From: an uncultured Candidatus Saccharibacteria bacterium
Lineage (GTDB): Bacteria > Patescibacteriota > Minisyncoccia > Phycocordibacterales > CAIZLB01
Direction of reading: 5' to 3'
DNA length: 64,000 nucleotides
NCBI GenBank assembly: GCA_964368945.1
Contig: CAYJDM010000005.1
Location: 22,699 to 86,698 of the forward strand
The translations under genes were made by a program, and so were the position numbers. The notes beneath the pieces are model-generated. The model worked only from the letters and a program-made list of their open reading frames with translations. It ran no database searches and was not told where the DNA came from. Shown here in pieces: positions 43,703-53,405 of this stretch (positions within the stretch are counted from its first letter, which is position 1; each line of letters begins with the position of its first letter).

Positions 43703-45010
43703 ATGCAAAGAAAGTCCAATACCCTATCGACAGAGCCTTATAAGGGCGTCAGAGATTTTTACCCTGAAGACCTATTCGTTCAGGAGCATATATTCTCTGT
43801 CTGGAAAAAGGCCGTCGAGAAATTCGGGTATGCCAAATACGATGCATCGATCCTCGAGCCGACAGAGCTCTACAAAGCCAAGTCTGGCCAGGAAATCGTA
43901 AATGAGCAGATGTATACATTCGTCGATCGAGGCGATCGCGAAGTTGCATTGCGACCAGAAATGACGCCAACGGTAGCGCGACTCGTGGCTGGGCGAAGAC
44001 GAGAACTAGGTTACCCTCTCCGCCTCTATTCTATTCCAAACCTATTCCGATATGAGAGACCTCAGCGCGGACGATTGCGAGAGCATTGGCAGCTCAATGT
44101 GGATATGTTCGGCCTCGCCAATACATCAGCGGACATCGAGATCATAGAAGTCGCATCCGAAATCATGAAGGAATTCGGAGCGCAGACTTCGGATTTCAAG
44201 ATTCGCATCAGCAGCCGCAAGCTCCTCAATTCCCTCTTCAATGATTGGTATGAGCTGGACGAGAATCAGGCGCATGCGATGAGCAAGCTTCTCGATCGCA
44301 AGGCAAAGATCCCAGAAGAAACATTCTATTCCGAGGCAGAGCAGATCATCGGCAAGCCTTTCGCCTTCTTGAATTTCGATTTGGACGGCGATCGAAGCCA
44401 GGCATTCGCATTCCCGAATATCAAGGCAGCCTACGAAGAGCTCAAGCTCGCAATGGATACGCTCAAGGAACGCGGCATCACGAATGTCGAATTCGATCCG
44501 GGAATCGTTCGGGGATTCGACTATTATACGGGCATCGTATTCGAGGTATATGACACTGATCCCGCAAACAATCGCGCGCTCTTTGGAGGCGGACGATATG
44601 ATGAGCTCATGGACCTATTCGGGGGCGAAAGCATGCCAGCATGCGGATTCGGCATGGGAGATGTAACGATCCGAGACTTCCTCGAGACCCGAAATCTTTT
44701 GCCAGCATATAAGCCTGCAGCGAATGTGATGATCTGCATCATGGAGGATTCGACAGGAGCAGCAAAGTCATTTGCGGAAAAAATCGCCCGAGAGCTGCGA
44801 GACATCGGCGTAAATATCGCAATGAATTATTCCGAAAGAAGCACCGGAGACCAGATCAAGACCGCTGAAAAGCATAGCATTCCGAATGTCATCATCATCG
44901 GAGAAAATGAGGCGTCTGCAAATGCATATGAGATAAAGAATCTCGCATCCGGAGAAAAAGCCTCTGTCCCCAACCCCGAATTTGTAAAAGAGTTCGTGGC
45001 TCGTGTATAA
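43703..45010 (+). CDS. hisS: Histidyl-tRNA synthetase
   Basis: GVRDFYPED, class II motif 2 (LRLYSIPNLFRYERPQRGRLREHWQLNVDMFG), motif 3 (GGGRYDEL), and a C-terminal anticodon-binding domain. Start at the internal ATG (MQRKS). Confidence 0.9.
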   Translation: MQRKSNTLSTEPYKGVRDFYPEDLFVQEHIFSVWKKAVEKFGYAKYDASILEPTELYKAKSGQEIVNEQMYTFVDRGDREVALRPEMTPTVARLVAGRRRELGYPLRLYSIPNLFRYERPQRGRLREHWQLNVDMFGLANTSADIEIIEVASEIMKEFGAQTSDFKIRISSRKLLNSLFNDWYELDENQAHAMSKLLDRKAKIPEETFYSEAEQIIGKPFAFLNFDLDGDRSQAFAFPNIKAAYEELKLAMDTLKERGITNVEFDPGIVRGFDYYTGIVFEVYDTDPANNRALFGGGRYDELMDLFGGESMPACGFGMGDVTIRDFLETRNLLPAYKPAANVMICIMEDSTGAAKSFAEKIARELRDIGVNIAMNYSERSTGDQIKTAEKHSIPNVIIIGENEASANAYEIKNLASGEKASVPNPEFVKEFVARV

Positions 45011-45019
45011 TGCGCCGAT

Positions 45020-45595
45020 ATGCGCAAAATAGTATTTGATATTGAAACCAGAAACGCCTTTCAGGATGTCGGAAAATGGGACCCTACTCTCCTCGACATC
45101 TCCGTGCTCTGCACCTACGATACCGAGACCGGTGAATATCAGAGCTATCTGCAGGAAGATCTCCATAAGCTCTGGCCGATACTCGAGCGCGCCGATATGC
45201 TCATCACATTCAACGGAGACCACTTCGATATTCCGCTCCTGAATAAATACTATTCTGGCGATCTGACAAAGATAAAGAGTCTCGATCTCCTCAAGGAAAT
45301 TCGAAAAGCCATCGGCTTCCGAGTAGGTTTGGACAATATCGCCTCTGCGACGCTCGGCAAAGGCAAAACCGCCCATGGCCTCGAAGCAATTGAATGGTGG
45401 AAGAAAGGCGAGATCGAAAAGATCATCAAGTACTGCATCAGCGATGTGGAAGTGACGAAGGACGTATACGAATATGCAATGACGAATAAGAAGCTCAAAT
45501 ACAAGGAGGGCGACAAGGTTATCGAATTCGATATCGACCCTACTGACTGGGAGAAAAAAGAAGAGAGCAAGATGACATTCAGCCTGCCGTTCTAG
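45020..45595 (+). CDS. RNase H-like 3'-5' exonuclease (PolB-exonuclease-like, YprB family)
   Basis: FDIET (Exo I), FNGDHFDIPLL (Exo II), YCISDVEVT (Exo III, YxxxD). Confidence 0.55.
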   Translation: MRKIVFDIETRNAFQDVGKWDPTLLDISVLCTYDTETGEYQSYLQEDLHKLWPILERADMLITFNGDHFDIPLLNKYYSGDLTKIKSLDLLKEIRKAIGFRVGLDNIASATLGKGKTAHGLEAIEWWKKGEIEKIIKYCISDVEVTKDVYEYAMTNKKLKYKEGDKVIEFDIDPTDWEKKEESKMTFSLPF

Positions 45596-45614
45596 GCATG
45601 ATATAATCTTTGGC

Positions 45615-46352
45615 ATGAACGCCTCGTACAAGTACACAAAAGGAAATGTCCTTACCCCTATTGCAATCCTCATTGCAGGACTCGCGATCGCTTTTGCCAT
45701 TTATCTGAACCGCTCCAGCGTCGCAGAGCCAAAGGCCATCTCGATAGACGAGCCTCAGGTTTTGAACAATGATGCTTTCATCCCTGTCGATGACCGCGAC
45801 CATGTGCTCGGAGATATCGACAATGCATCGCTTATCATCGTCGATTATTCGGATCTTCAGTGCCCATATTGCAAGATGATGCATGAGACATTGAATCAGA
45901 TATATTCTGAAAATAAAGCTTCTGGCAAAATCGCCTGGGTCTATAGGCATTTCCCTCTTTCCATCCATGCTCAGTCAGGATCTCTCGCGCAAGCATCTGA
46001 ATGTGCCGCTGATGTAGGAGGAGAGGAAAAGTTTTTCCCATTCATTGATAAGGTATTCGCAGCATCGGATCCGGATATCGAGCCAGATCCAAAGCAATTG
46101 CCTGTGTACGCAGGAGAGCTGGGCATCGATGTTGCCAAATTCAATGTCTGCCTATCAAGCGGCAAATTTGCCCAGAAGACAAAGGACAGCTATGACAATG
46201 CCATCAAAATGACAAACGTCGAAGTCACGCCTTTCACGGTTTTCGTATCAAAAGACAAAATCATTCCCATCGTAGACTCGAAAGGAAATGGATTCGGCGC
46301 GCTTCCATATGGAACGATGAATGCCTTGGTTAAGGAATTTTTGGGACAATAA
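45615..46352 (+). CDS. DsbA-like thiol:disulfide oxidoreductase, membrane-anchored
   Basis: N-terminal TM, then thioredoxin fold with the CPYC active site (DYSDLQCPYCKMMHE). Confidence 0.75.
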   Translation: MNASYKYTKGNVLTPIAILIAGLAIAFAIYLNRSSVAEPKAISIDEPQVLNNDAFIPVDDRDHVLGDIDNASLIIVDYSDLQCPYCKMMHETLNQIYSENKASGKIAWVYRHFPLSIHAQSGSLAQASECAADVGGEEKFFPFIDKVFAASDPDIEPDPKQLPVYAGELGIDVAKFNVCLSSGKFAQKTKDSYDNAIKMTNVEVTPFTVFVSKDKIIPIVDSKGNGFGALPYGTMNALVKEFLGQ

Positions 46353-46432
46353 TCTCGCGATTTGACTATTTGCTATTTTATGTCATTCTAAATCACAGAA
46401 AGCCCGAACCCCAACACCAACCCCGTCTACCC

Positions 46433-47038
46433 ATGACCATTCTGACATCCCAAATAGAAATGCCTGGCCAGCCCAGGCTGATCACACTTGAAACCCCGCA
46501 AGACAAGAACGTCTACGACTGGCTGAAGGAGACATATCCGGAGGCTTGCTACGAAGGTCCGTACGACGTCCCTGAACATCCCCTTACGCTAAAGAATGTG
46601 TTGAGCAAGCAGACGACAGGTCCAGCAAGCAGAAAGCATTTTGGACTCATGAGAGTCGCAAACATATTGCCTGCCGAATATGATAAAGATGAGCGAATGG
46701 CGATCCAAACGCTCAGGTACATGTTTGCATCCGTAACTATGAAAATTGGGGAAGAAACGTACAGGGCCCGAAACGCAAGGGCTTTGGATCTACTGACATT
46801 TTTCACCGCGGATCAATCTGCGACCATGAGACTAATCAAGCAGGATCGTGAGCGCTCCACTTTGATCTATGCACTCGGAGAAACATTCGAAACGCTAGAT
46901 CGCTCTAATAAAATCATCAACCGACATGCGCTGAGGGCAAATTATTTTCTTGTCCCCCCACAACTAAGCAAGGAAACGGTCGGAGGCTATATTGAAAACA
47001 GGAACGAAATCCTTCTCGTTCTCGAAAAGGAAAACTGA
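46433..47038 (+). CDS. Hypothetical protein (201 aa)
   Basis: ORF from an internal ATG. The CCCGAACCCCAACACCAACCCC motif lies 9 nt upstream. No recognised domain. Confidence 0.4.
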   Translation: MTILTSQIEMPGQPRLITLETPQDKNVYDWLKETYPEACYEGPYDVPEHPLTLKNVLSKQTTGPASRKHFGLMRVANILPAEYDKDERMAIQTLRYMFASVTMKIGEETYRARNARALDLLTFFTADQSATMRLIKQDRERSTLIYALGETFETLDRSNKIINRHALRANYFLVPPQLSKETVGGYIENRNEILLVLEKEN

Positions 47039-47080
47039 CACTTCGGCCTTGCGCCACGGTATTGATATCCACCCCCCGAC

Positions 47081-47108
47081 AAAAGCCCCAGCTTTCGTTG
47101 GGGCTTTT
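47081..47108. terminator. Bidirectional intrinsic terminator (AAAAGCCCCAG cttt CG TTGGGGCTTTT)
   Basis: Stem plus a following TTTTTTT. Between convergent genes. Confidence 0.6.
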
Positions 47109-47132
47109 GTTTTTTTGCCGCATATCTAACGA

Positions 47133-50100
47133 CTATTCGCCGAGCAAGAACTCCTCAAAATCCCTAATCGCATCGAAGTCATTCTTATACTCCCCTTTCG
47201 CATATTTCTGCGCAATCTCGGCAGGCATTTCGAAATCGAGCGCTTGGATCCGCTGGTATACGGCGACAGCGAGCTTCTTCAATCGATCCGCATCCTCATC
47301 CGTGAGCTCAAGCTCCGCACAATGGATTTCCTTCTTTGTGCCGACCGGCTCTACGAATTCGATGACGCCGAATCTGACATCGGTATTTGCTGCGCCATGG
47401 AGACCCCTCGAAGCAGAGCGCAGTCGCGGGAACAATACCTCGCGGCAATACGCAGAATGCTCGATCAATAATTTATAAAAAAGAAGCTGGTTCTTGTAAT
47501 GATAGCCTTTGATCGCCATCGTCCCAGTCGCGTCCTCAAAAGACTCGAATGCGCGGCCAGTCTTATAATCATGAACCGAAAGCTGATCTTCCGAAATCGA
47601 GACCTTGTCTATTTTTCCTGTAATAAAAGCCCTGCCCTTATTTGGGAAATCCTCATGGCCAATGCCATCGTCCGCATAGCCATCGGCATCGGGATCCACG
47701 ATCAGAATCTGCTCGCGTCCGAAATCCATCTCTGCGATATCCGCATCCTTGAATGTATCAGATCGCTTTGCCATGAATGCCGTCAGGGCTGCCTTGCCAC
47801 GCGATAGGAATAGCTTGAAGTCGGCAGGATGGAGCTTTTCCTTTTTCAAAAACTTCTCGAATTCTGCAAGGATATCATCGATCGGCATCAATTCAGCAGC
47901 CGCATCAGATTTCTCTCTCTTTTTGCCGCCTGTATCGGCTCCAAACTGAGTCTCGTTCGATGTCTCAGTCTTTTTCTTTAGATCCAAAAGGATGCATTCG
48001 AGCGTCGAATGAATCGCAGAACCATATGCGCCGGATGGCGTCTTGCTCTGCGGAAATCGCAGAAGATTCTGCTCAAAGAAAAGCCGCGGTCCGCCCTTCG
48101 GAACATTCAGGAAATTATTCAGATGAGTGACCGACAATTTATAGTTCTCGACAAGGCCGCGGAGCAAGGCATTTTCCTCATCCAAAAATTCAGTCGTATG
48201 ATAAGCCATCTGTGCAGACTCGAGGAGCTCTTCTGCCTCTGGTGCGAATTTTGCTAGTGCCAGCTTGTCGATGCTGCCAACCAAGGCTTCGCTTTCAGGC
48301 ACGGCATCGACGAGGAATCGCAGACGGCTCGCCTTCTTTCCCCCTTCTTTCACTTCATGCGCAGTGAGAATCAGATTATCCTTCGCGCGAGTTAGAGCCA
48401 CATAGAATAGCCGCAGCTGATCGTCCTCTGAGTCGCCGGCTGGCTTTACGGGCAGGTTTATAGGAAAAGGAATTCGGTCCGGCATGCCGCGAGAAGCCCA
48501 GACATCGTCCTGGCATGAGAGCACAAAGACCGTATCGAATTCGAGGCCTTTGGACTTATGCGCGGACATCAGATTCACTGCGCTTCGAGCAGTCACGAAT
48601 GGGCTTTCGTCATTGAGGCTGAGATTGTTTTTCTCATACATATCCACGAACTTCACCAGATCCGCAATCGTCAAATGCCCGCTTAGCGAATCAAATCCGT
48701 CAAATGCGCGAATGGCATTGATAAAAACCCGCAGGCTCGACAAGAACGAAAGGTATTCGGAACGCGCATGAGAAAACTTTTCGCCAGAGAAATAATGCGC
48801 GCGGAAAGGGCTGGTGAATTTCGCATCCGGCTTATCGCTGTCGCGCTCCAAGCCATCATCCAAATCATCCTCCTTATCAGTATCGACGGCCAGTGCGACA
48901 TGAGCGCCGATGATGCGATCGAGGATGAGCTCGAGCGGAGCGCTTTTGGCCTCCACGGAAAGCTCGATCAGGAACTCAGCGATATCTGCCACGCGCTTGC
49001 CATAAGACCCACCATTGGTGTCGCCAAAGCCAGGCTCGCCCATGCTGGCCATGACCTCGAGCCAAGTCTTGCCCGAACGCTTTGCCTCTAGCGAAATATT
49101 CCAGACATCGATCCGGCGAATTCCCCAGAATGGAAAGCTCAGGATCGTCGGAAGGAGATCTTCTTGCGCGCTTTCATGCGGCTGCGAGCCGATCACAGAT
49201 GAAATATACCGAGCGATCATGATGATCTCGCGGATATGCGGCTCGGCGAATACGTTTTGCTCACGCTCATATTTGATAGGCACTTTTTCATTGCGCAAAA
49301 AAGGCACGATCGCCTCGAGATTGGCATGCTTGCGCCCGATAATGGCGATATCCTCAGGCTTTGTGCCAGCGTCGATGAGCTCGCGGATTTTTTGCGCCAC
49401 GAACTTATATTCATGAAGGTGCGTTTCGAAAAGGTGATACGAAACATCGGTCGCAGACCCCATATCGCGTAGAAGAGACTCGGACGTTACGTCCAAGTTT
49501 GTTCGATGCCTAGTGACATCTGATCTGTCTTCAGTTTTGTTCGCCGACTTGAAAGACTTGAGCTGCTTCGACAGATCTGGAATGAGATTCTCGAGGCGCT
49601 TTTCCCCTTTTCTCATAATATTCATAGCGAGATCGAGAATGCCTTGCGTCGAGCGATAATTGTCCGTCATCGATACGAGCCCCACGTCGATATAGCGATG
49701 CCGAAAATCGAGGATATTCGAAAGCTCCGCGCCCTGGAATTTATAGATCGCCTGATCATCATCGCCCACGACCATGATATTCGGCCGGCCGCCATGCTCC
49801 GGAGCGCTGGTGAGCAGCGAGAGGATTCGCATCTGCGCATTGTTGGTATCCTGGAACTCATCGACGAGCAGATACTGGTACTGCTCCTGCAATTCATATC
49901 GCAGCCGTGCATTAGTAGACAGTGCCTGAATCACATCGAGAATCATATCGTCGAAGTCGAAGTAGCCGAGCCTATGCATTTCCGTCTGATAGGCCTTATA
50001 CAAAGCAGCGAAGCTCCGCATGCGCCCGATATTCAATGCATCCTTGAAAACCTTCCGGCCATCGTCATCCTTCACTATCCATTTAGCCTTCCATTTTGAG

Positions 50101-50981
50101 AGAGGCTCGGTCTCGTCTTTTTTGGACGCTTCGCTCAAAGCATCCGCTATCGAGCTCGCGACGGCTTCTTCGATTGAGTGAAAAGCGATGGCGGCAGCGC
50201 TTTTCTCCCCTGACTTTACGCCGCTCTTTTCGCCGCCTTTTTCTTTTGCCTCGCGCGCCTCCTTGACGCGCTTCGAGCCCGCATCAGCCAAAGCCTGAAC
50301 CGCGCGCTCGATGGCACTGAAGTCCTTTTTGCTCAGACGCTCCTCGAATGCAGGCAGAACCGTCGCAGAAATCGTCTCGAACCCCTTTTCATTATCATCG
50401 AGAATCTCAACGAGCTCATGCGGCATGAGGCCGGACTTCTTTATATTCGAAATGGCATTCTGCGTGGCCTTGAGATAAACGAAGCCTTCCTCCGGATGGT
50501 ATGAGCGAAGCGGATCATCATGATCAAGCGCATTGAAAAGATTTTCCAGAACCGAAATCTGCGTAATCGGATCAGCGGCCCTGAATGTCGCTCCATGATA
50601 AAAAAACTCCCCATGCTTGCGAATGATATCGACGCAAAAATTATGGAATGTATGAATGGCGACGCCATATGCGCGCTCGCCTATCAGACGAGACAAGCGA
50701 TCCCGCATATTCTGCGATGCCGAATCGGTAAATGTCAGGCAGAGGATATTGGAAGGCATGGCCTGAGTCTCCTTGAGGATCTGCGCCACTCGCATGCCCA
50801 GGATTTCGGTCTTGCCTGACCCTGGCCCCGCGACCACCAGCAAAGGGCCATCTATCGTGTCTACGGCCTTCTTTTGGGCGGAATTGAGCTTTGCATAGCG
50901 CTGGCTGAACACATGCTCAAAGCCATGCTCAGGCCCATTCTGGGCATTGTTTTGGGCCTTTGTAGAGGGCTTCATATGCAT
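47133..50981 (-). CDS. UvrD/AddA-family ATP-dependent DNA helicase with C-terminal PD-(D/E)XK (RecB-type) nuclease domain
   Basis: Walker A VVAGPGSGKTE, motif II LLVDEFQDTN, helicase motifs through VI. C-terminal FITGKIDKVS...VHDYKTG nuclease motif. Confidence 0.85.
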   Translation of the reverse strand: MHMKPSTKAQNNAQNGPEHGFEHVFSQRYAKLNSAQKKAVDTIDGPLLVVAGPGSGKTEILGMRVAQILKETQAMPSNILCLTFTDSASQNMRDRLSRLIGERAYGVAIHTFHNFCVDIIRKHGEFFYHGATFRAADPITQISVLENLFNALDHDDPLRSYHPEEGFVYLKATQNAISNIKKSGLMPHELVEILDDNEKGFETISATVLPAFEERLSKKDFSAIERAVQALADAGSKRVKEAREAKEKGGEKSGVKSGEKSAAAIAFHSIEEAVASSIADALSEASKKDETEPLSKWKAKWIVKDDDGRKVFKDALNIGRMRSFAALYKAYQTEMHRLGYFDFDDMILDVIQALSTNARLRYELQEQYQYLLVDEFQDTNNAQMRILSLLTSAPEHGGRPNIMVVGDDDQAIYKFQGAELSNILDFRHRYIDVGLVSMTDNYRSTQGILDLAMNIMRKGEKRLENLIPDLSKQLKSFKSANKTEDRSDVTRHRTNLDVTSESLLRDMGSATDVSYHLFETHLHEYKFVAQKIRELIDAGTKPEDIAIIGRKHANLEAIVPFLRNEKVPIKYEREQNVFAEPHIREIIMIARYISSVIGSQPHESAQEDLLPTILSFPFWGIRRIDVWNISLEAKRSGKTWLEVMASMGEPGFGDTNGGSYGKRVADIAEFLIELSVEAKSAPLELILDRIIGAHVALAVDTDKEDDLDDGLERDSDKPDAKFTSPFRAHYFSGEKFSHARSEYLSFLSSLRVFINAIRAFDGFDSLSGHLTIADLVKFVDMYEKNNLSLNDESPFVTARSAVNLMSAHKSKGLEFDTVFVLSCQDDVWASRGMPDRIPFPINLPVKPAGDSEDDQLRLFYVALTRAKDNLILTAHEVKEGGKKASRLRFLVDAVPESEALVGSIDKLALAKFAPEAEELLESAQMAYHTTEFLDEENALLRGLVENYKLSVTHLNNFLNVPKGGPRLFFEQNLLRFPQSKTPSGAYGSAIHSTLECILLDLKKKTETSNETQFGADTGGKKREKSDAAAELMPIDDILAEFEKFLKKEKLHPADFKLFLSRGKAALTAFMAKRSDTFKDADIAEMDFGREQILIVDPDADGYADDGIGHEDFPNKGRAFITGKIDKVSISEDQLSVHDYKTGRAFESFEDATGTMAIKGYHYKNQLLFYKLLIEHSAYCREVLFPRLRSASRGLHGAANTDVRFGVIEFVEPVGTKKEIHCAELELTDEDADRLKKLAVAVYQRIQALDFEMPAEIAQKYAKGEYKNDFDAIRDFEEFLLGE

Positions 50982-51013
50982 ATCATTATACCGCGCTGTG
51001 GATATTGGCTATG

Positions 51014-51042
51014 GTTGACTTTTTACATAAAAGGTGCTATTA
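51014..51042 (+). promoter_or_regulatory. Consensus-like sigma70 promoter TTGACT-17-TATTAT
   Basis: Hexamers at 51014-51019 and 51037-51042. Shares TTGAYTTTTTACATAAAA with the element at 10744. Confidence 0.5.
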
Positions 51043-51138
51043 TATATATGCCAGATTGTTCCTTAAGCCCTCCTGCATGCAGGAGCAAAACGACCAACCC
51101 GCCGGAGCGATCCGGCACAACCCAAAAACCAAACCAGT

Positions 51139-51378
51139 ATGTACAGCTATTGGATCGAAGTGCTCGTCATAGGCATACTTACGGTGCTCTGCATGTATGC
51201 GGTGCCCGTAATCCTCAACGAGCTAATCACAAGGCTACTCCGTCGCCGCGCGAAATCGACAGGATATGCGATCGATGATACGGCCTTGCAAAACAAGGCG
51301 ATCATTATCACCGCAAGTATCATCGCCCTGGCGGTAATCACAGCCTTGCTGATTTCGAGGATCTACCCGATCCTCTGA
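51139..51378 (+). CDS. Small (79 aa) two-TM membrane protein
   Basis: Two hydrophobic helices flanking a basic loop (RLLRRRAKS). Bracketed by a strong promoter and a terminator. Confidence 0.5.
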   Translation: MYSYWIEVLVIGILTVLCMYAVPVILNELITRLLRRRAKSTGYAIDDTALQNKAIIITASIIALAVITALLISRIYPIL

Positions 51379-51406
51379 GCAGGACCACCGTCAAAACCAT
51401 ACGAAT

Positions 51407-51432
51407 AAAGGCCCGGCAACTGCCGGGCCTTT
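51407..51432 (+). terminator. Intrinsic terminator (AAAGGCCCGG caactg CCGGGCCTTT + TTTTG)
   Basis: Perfect stem and T-run. Confidence 0.65.
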
Positions 51433-51470
51433 TTGTCGCCATGATGAATGGCGATGCTTTGTATGGGCCG

Positions 51471-51677
51471 CTATTTGCGACCCGCCTCCCCTTTGCTTTG
51501 CGACGAGGGCTTTTGCTTTTCAGGACTGAAGATCCTTTTATGGTCCCGAACGAGATATGCCGCGCCGATGAGCGCGAGGAGAAGGCATGCGCAGACGAAG
51601 AGCGCCGCGATCAACCTGATAATCGTATTCCTGTCTGAAGGTGCGAGATGCGTGTTCAATTGCGTGGGTGGTTGCAT
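51471..51677 (-). CDS. Small (68 aa) hypothetical membrane protein
   Basis: One TM helix (IIRLIAALFVCACLLLALIGAAYLV). Weakly supported. Confidence 0.25.
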   Translation of the reverse strand: MQPPTQLNTHLAPSDRNTIIRLIAALFVCACLLLALIGAAYLVRDHKRIFSPEKQKPSSQSKGEAGRK

Positions 51678-51943
51678 GCCCTTTCGGGCATCGGTTTGGA
51701 GAATTCTGTGTGAAAGAGAGGTCGAAATTCGACTGTGAATCGCATTGGGAGGAACCTGCTCTGACCATCAGAATACAATAGATTCATCATTATATCAATA
51801 TGTAGCAAAATTGCCCGGGCATGCATTGATATGTCGGGGCCTGATTCTATGTCCGGATTTCATCGCCAGGTATCCCTTACCCGGTAACAAAACGCGCCTC
51901 CTTCATGCGGATTGTGTATCTCTACAACAAGCAGAAATAGAAA

Positions 51944-52003
51944 AAACCTCACCGTTCTGCTTCCTTGCAAAAATGCGCAAATCAGCAGAACGGCGAGGTT
52001 TTT
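51944..52003. terminator. Bidirectional terminator after rpoD (14-bp stem with one mismatch, 24-nt loop)
   Basis: CCTCACCGTTCTGC ... GCAGAACGGCGAGG with T-runs on both strands. Confidence 0.5.
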
Positions 52004-52012
52004 TATTTCTGA

Positions 52013-53347
52013 CTAATAGTTCTTCAACCGATTCACCTTCTCATGCTGGCGGATCTTTTCATGAGCTTTGGCTTCGATCTGTCGGATTCGCTCTCGCGTT
52101 ACGCCGAACATCTTGCCTACTTCTTCGAGCGTATGCTGGATGCCATCCGTGAGGCCATGTCGGAGCGCGAGGATTTCTCGCTCTTTTTCCGAAAGGTCGC
52201 CGAGGATTTCAGTGACCTGATCCGCAAGGATTCGTCGAGATGATTCCTGATCAGGAGAGAGGATTTTATCATCAGGGATAAAATCTCCGAACATCGACTT
52301 GTCATCGCCATCATCACCGACTGGCGCATCCAATGAAACCGTATTCTGATCGATTTTCTCAATCATATATACCTTCTCTGGCTCGATTCCCATCTCAGTC
52401 GCGATTTCCTCTGGCAAAGGCTCTCGTCCCAAATCCTGGAACAATCGTCGCACTACCTGCTTATACTTCGCAATCGTTTCAACCATATGCACGGGAACTC
52501 GGATCGTTCGGGACTGATCAGCGAGGGCTCGCGTGATCGACTGTCGAATCCACCATGTCGCATATGTCGAGAATTTGAATCCCTTTGACCAATCGAATTT
52601 GTCTACGGCCTTGAAGAGACCGAGGTTTCCTTCCTGAATCAAGTCGAGCAATGTGAGATCAGGGCTTCGGTTCGCATATTTCTTGGCGATAGAAACCACG
52701 AGTCGGAGGTTTGCTTTGGCAAGGAGATTCTTTGCCTCCATATCTCCGAGCGCAATTCGCTTTGCGAGCTCTTTTTCCTCATGCGCATTGATGAGAGGAT
52801 ACTGGCCGATTTCCTTGAGATACATCTGGATGGAGTCATATGTATCGCTCTTTGCAGTTCCATATTTTTTCAAAATATCCTCAGCATCCTTATTGAAATC
52901 AAGCAATCCTCCTCCTTCGAGAACATCCACCCCGGCAACCGACAGCGTATTGTAGAGCTCTTCGAGGAAGATAACATCGTCCTCGATATGCGGGAATGAT
53001 TTGAGGATTTCATCATATGTCACGAAGCCGCGATCCTTTCCCTTCTGGATCAAATCAACCGCCCTTTCTTCCATTGACCCTCGAGTGGGCTTTCCTTTCT
53101 TTGGATGCTGTGCGGTCTCGATCACATTCGACAAGGACATATCGGCAGCATGAAGACCATGCGTCTTTTTTGACGACTTTGGCTTATAGGCTTTCGGACC
53201 TTTCATTTTCGGCTCTTTTACCTTGGCGACTTTTGGCTGTTTTGCTGGCTTCGGCGCTTTTGCTGCTTTCGCAGTCACTTTCTTTGCGGCTTTCTCAGGC
53301 TTTGACGGCTTCGATGGCTTGCTTTTGATTTTTGTTTTTTGTGGCAT
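52013..53347 (-). CDS. rpoD: RNA polymerase sigma-70 factor with ~65-aa Lys/Ala/Pro-rich N-terminal tail
   Basis: Region 2 (DLIQEGNLGLFKAVDKFDWSKGFKFSTYATWWIRQSITRA), region 3, region 4.2 (LTLEEVGKMFGVTRERIRQIE). N-terminal KPSKPSKPEKAAKKVTAKAAKAPKPAKQPK... Confidence 0.9.
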   Translation of the reverse strand: MPQKTKIKSKPSKPSKPEKAAKKVTAKAAKAPKPAKQPKVAKVKEPKMKGPKAYKPKSSKKTHGLHAADMSLSNVIETAQHPKKGKPTRGSMEERAVDLIQKGKDRGFVTYDEILKSFPHIEDDVIFLEELYNTLSVAGVDVLEGGGLLDFNKDAEDILKKYGTAKSDTYDSIQMYLKEIGQYPLINAHEEKELAKRIALGDMEAKNLLAKANLRLVVSIAKKYANRSPDLTLLDLIQEGNLGLFKAVDKFDWSKGFKFSTYATWWIRQSITRALADQSRTIRVPVHMVETIAKYKQVVRRLFQDLGREPLPEEIATEMGIEPEKVYMIEKIDQNTVSLDAPVGDDGDDKSMFGDFIPDDKILSPDQESSRRILADQVTEILGDLSEKEREILALRHGLTDGIQHTLEEVGKMFGVTRERIRQIEAKAHEKIRQHEKVNRLKNY

Positions 53348-53405
53348 ATATTTTATTGGCTTTCTATTAATTGTTTTATGTTATGAAAAATTTTTTGCTT
53401 TCCTG

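Noticed and set aside
44768-45700. 310-aa minus-strand ORF overlapping hisS and the exonuclease gene
   Set aside because: The plus-strand genes have strong, specific family motifs (class II aaRS motifs; DEDD-like exonuclease). The antisense ORF has no recognisable features.
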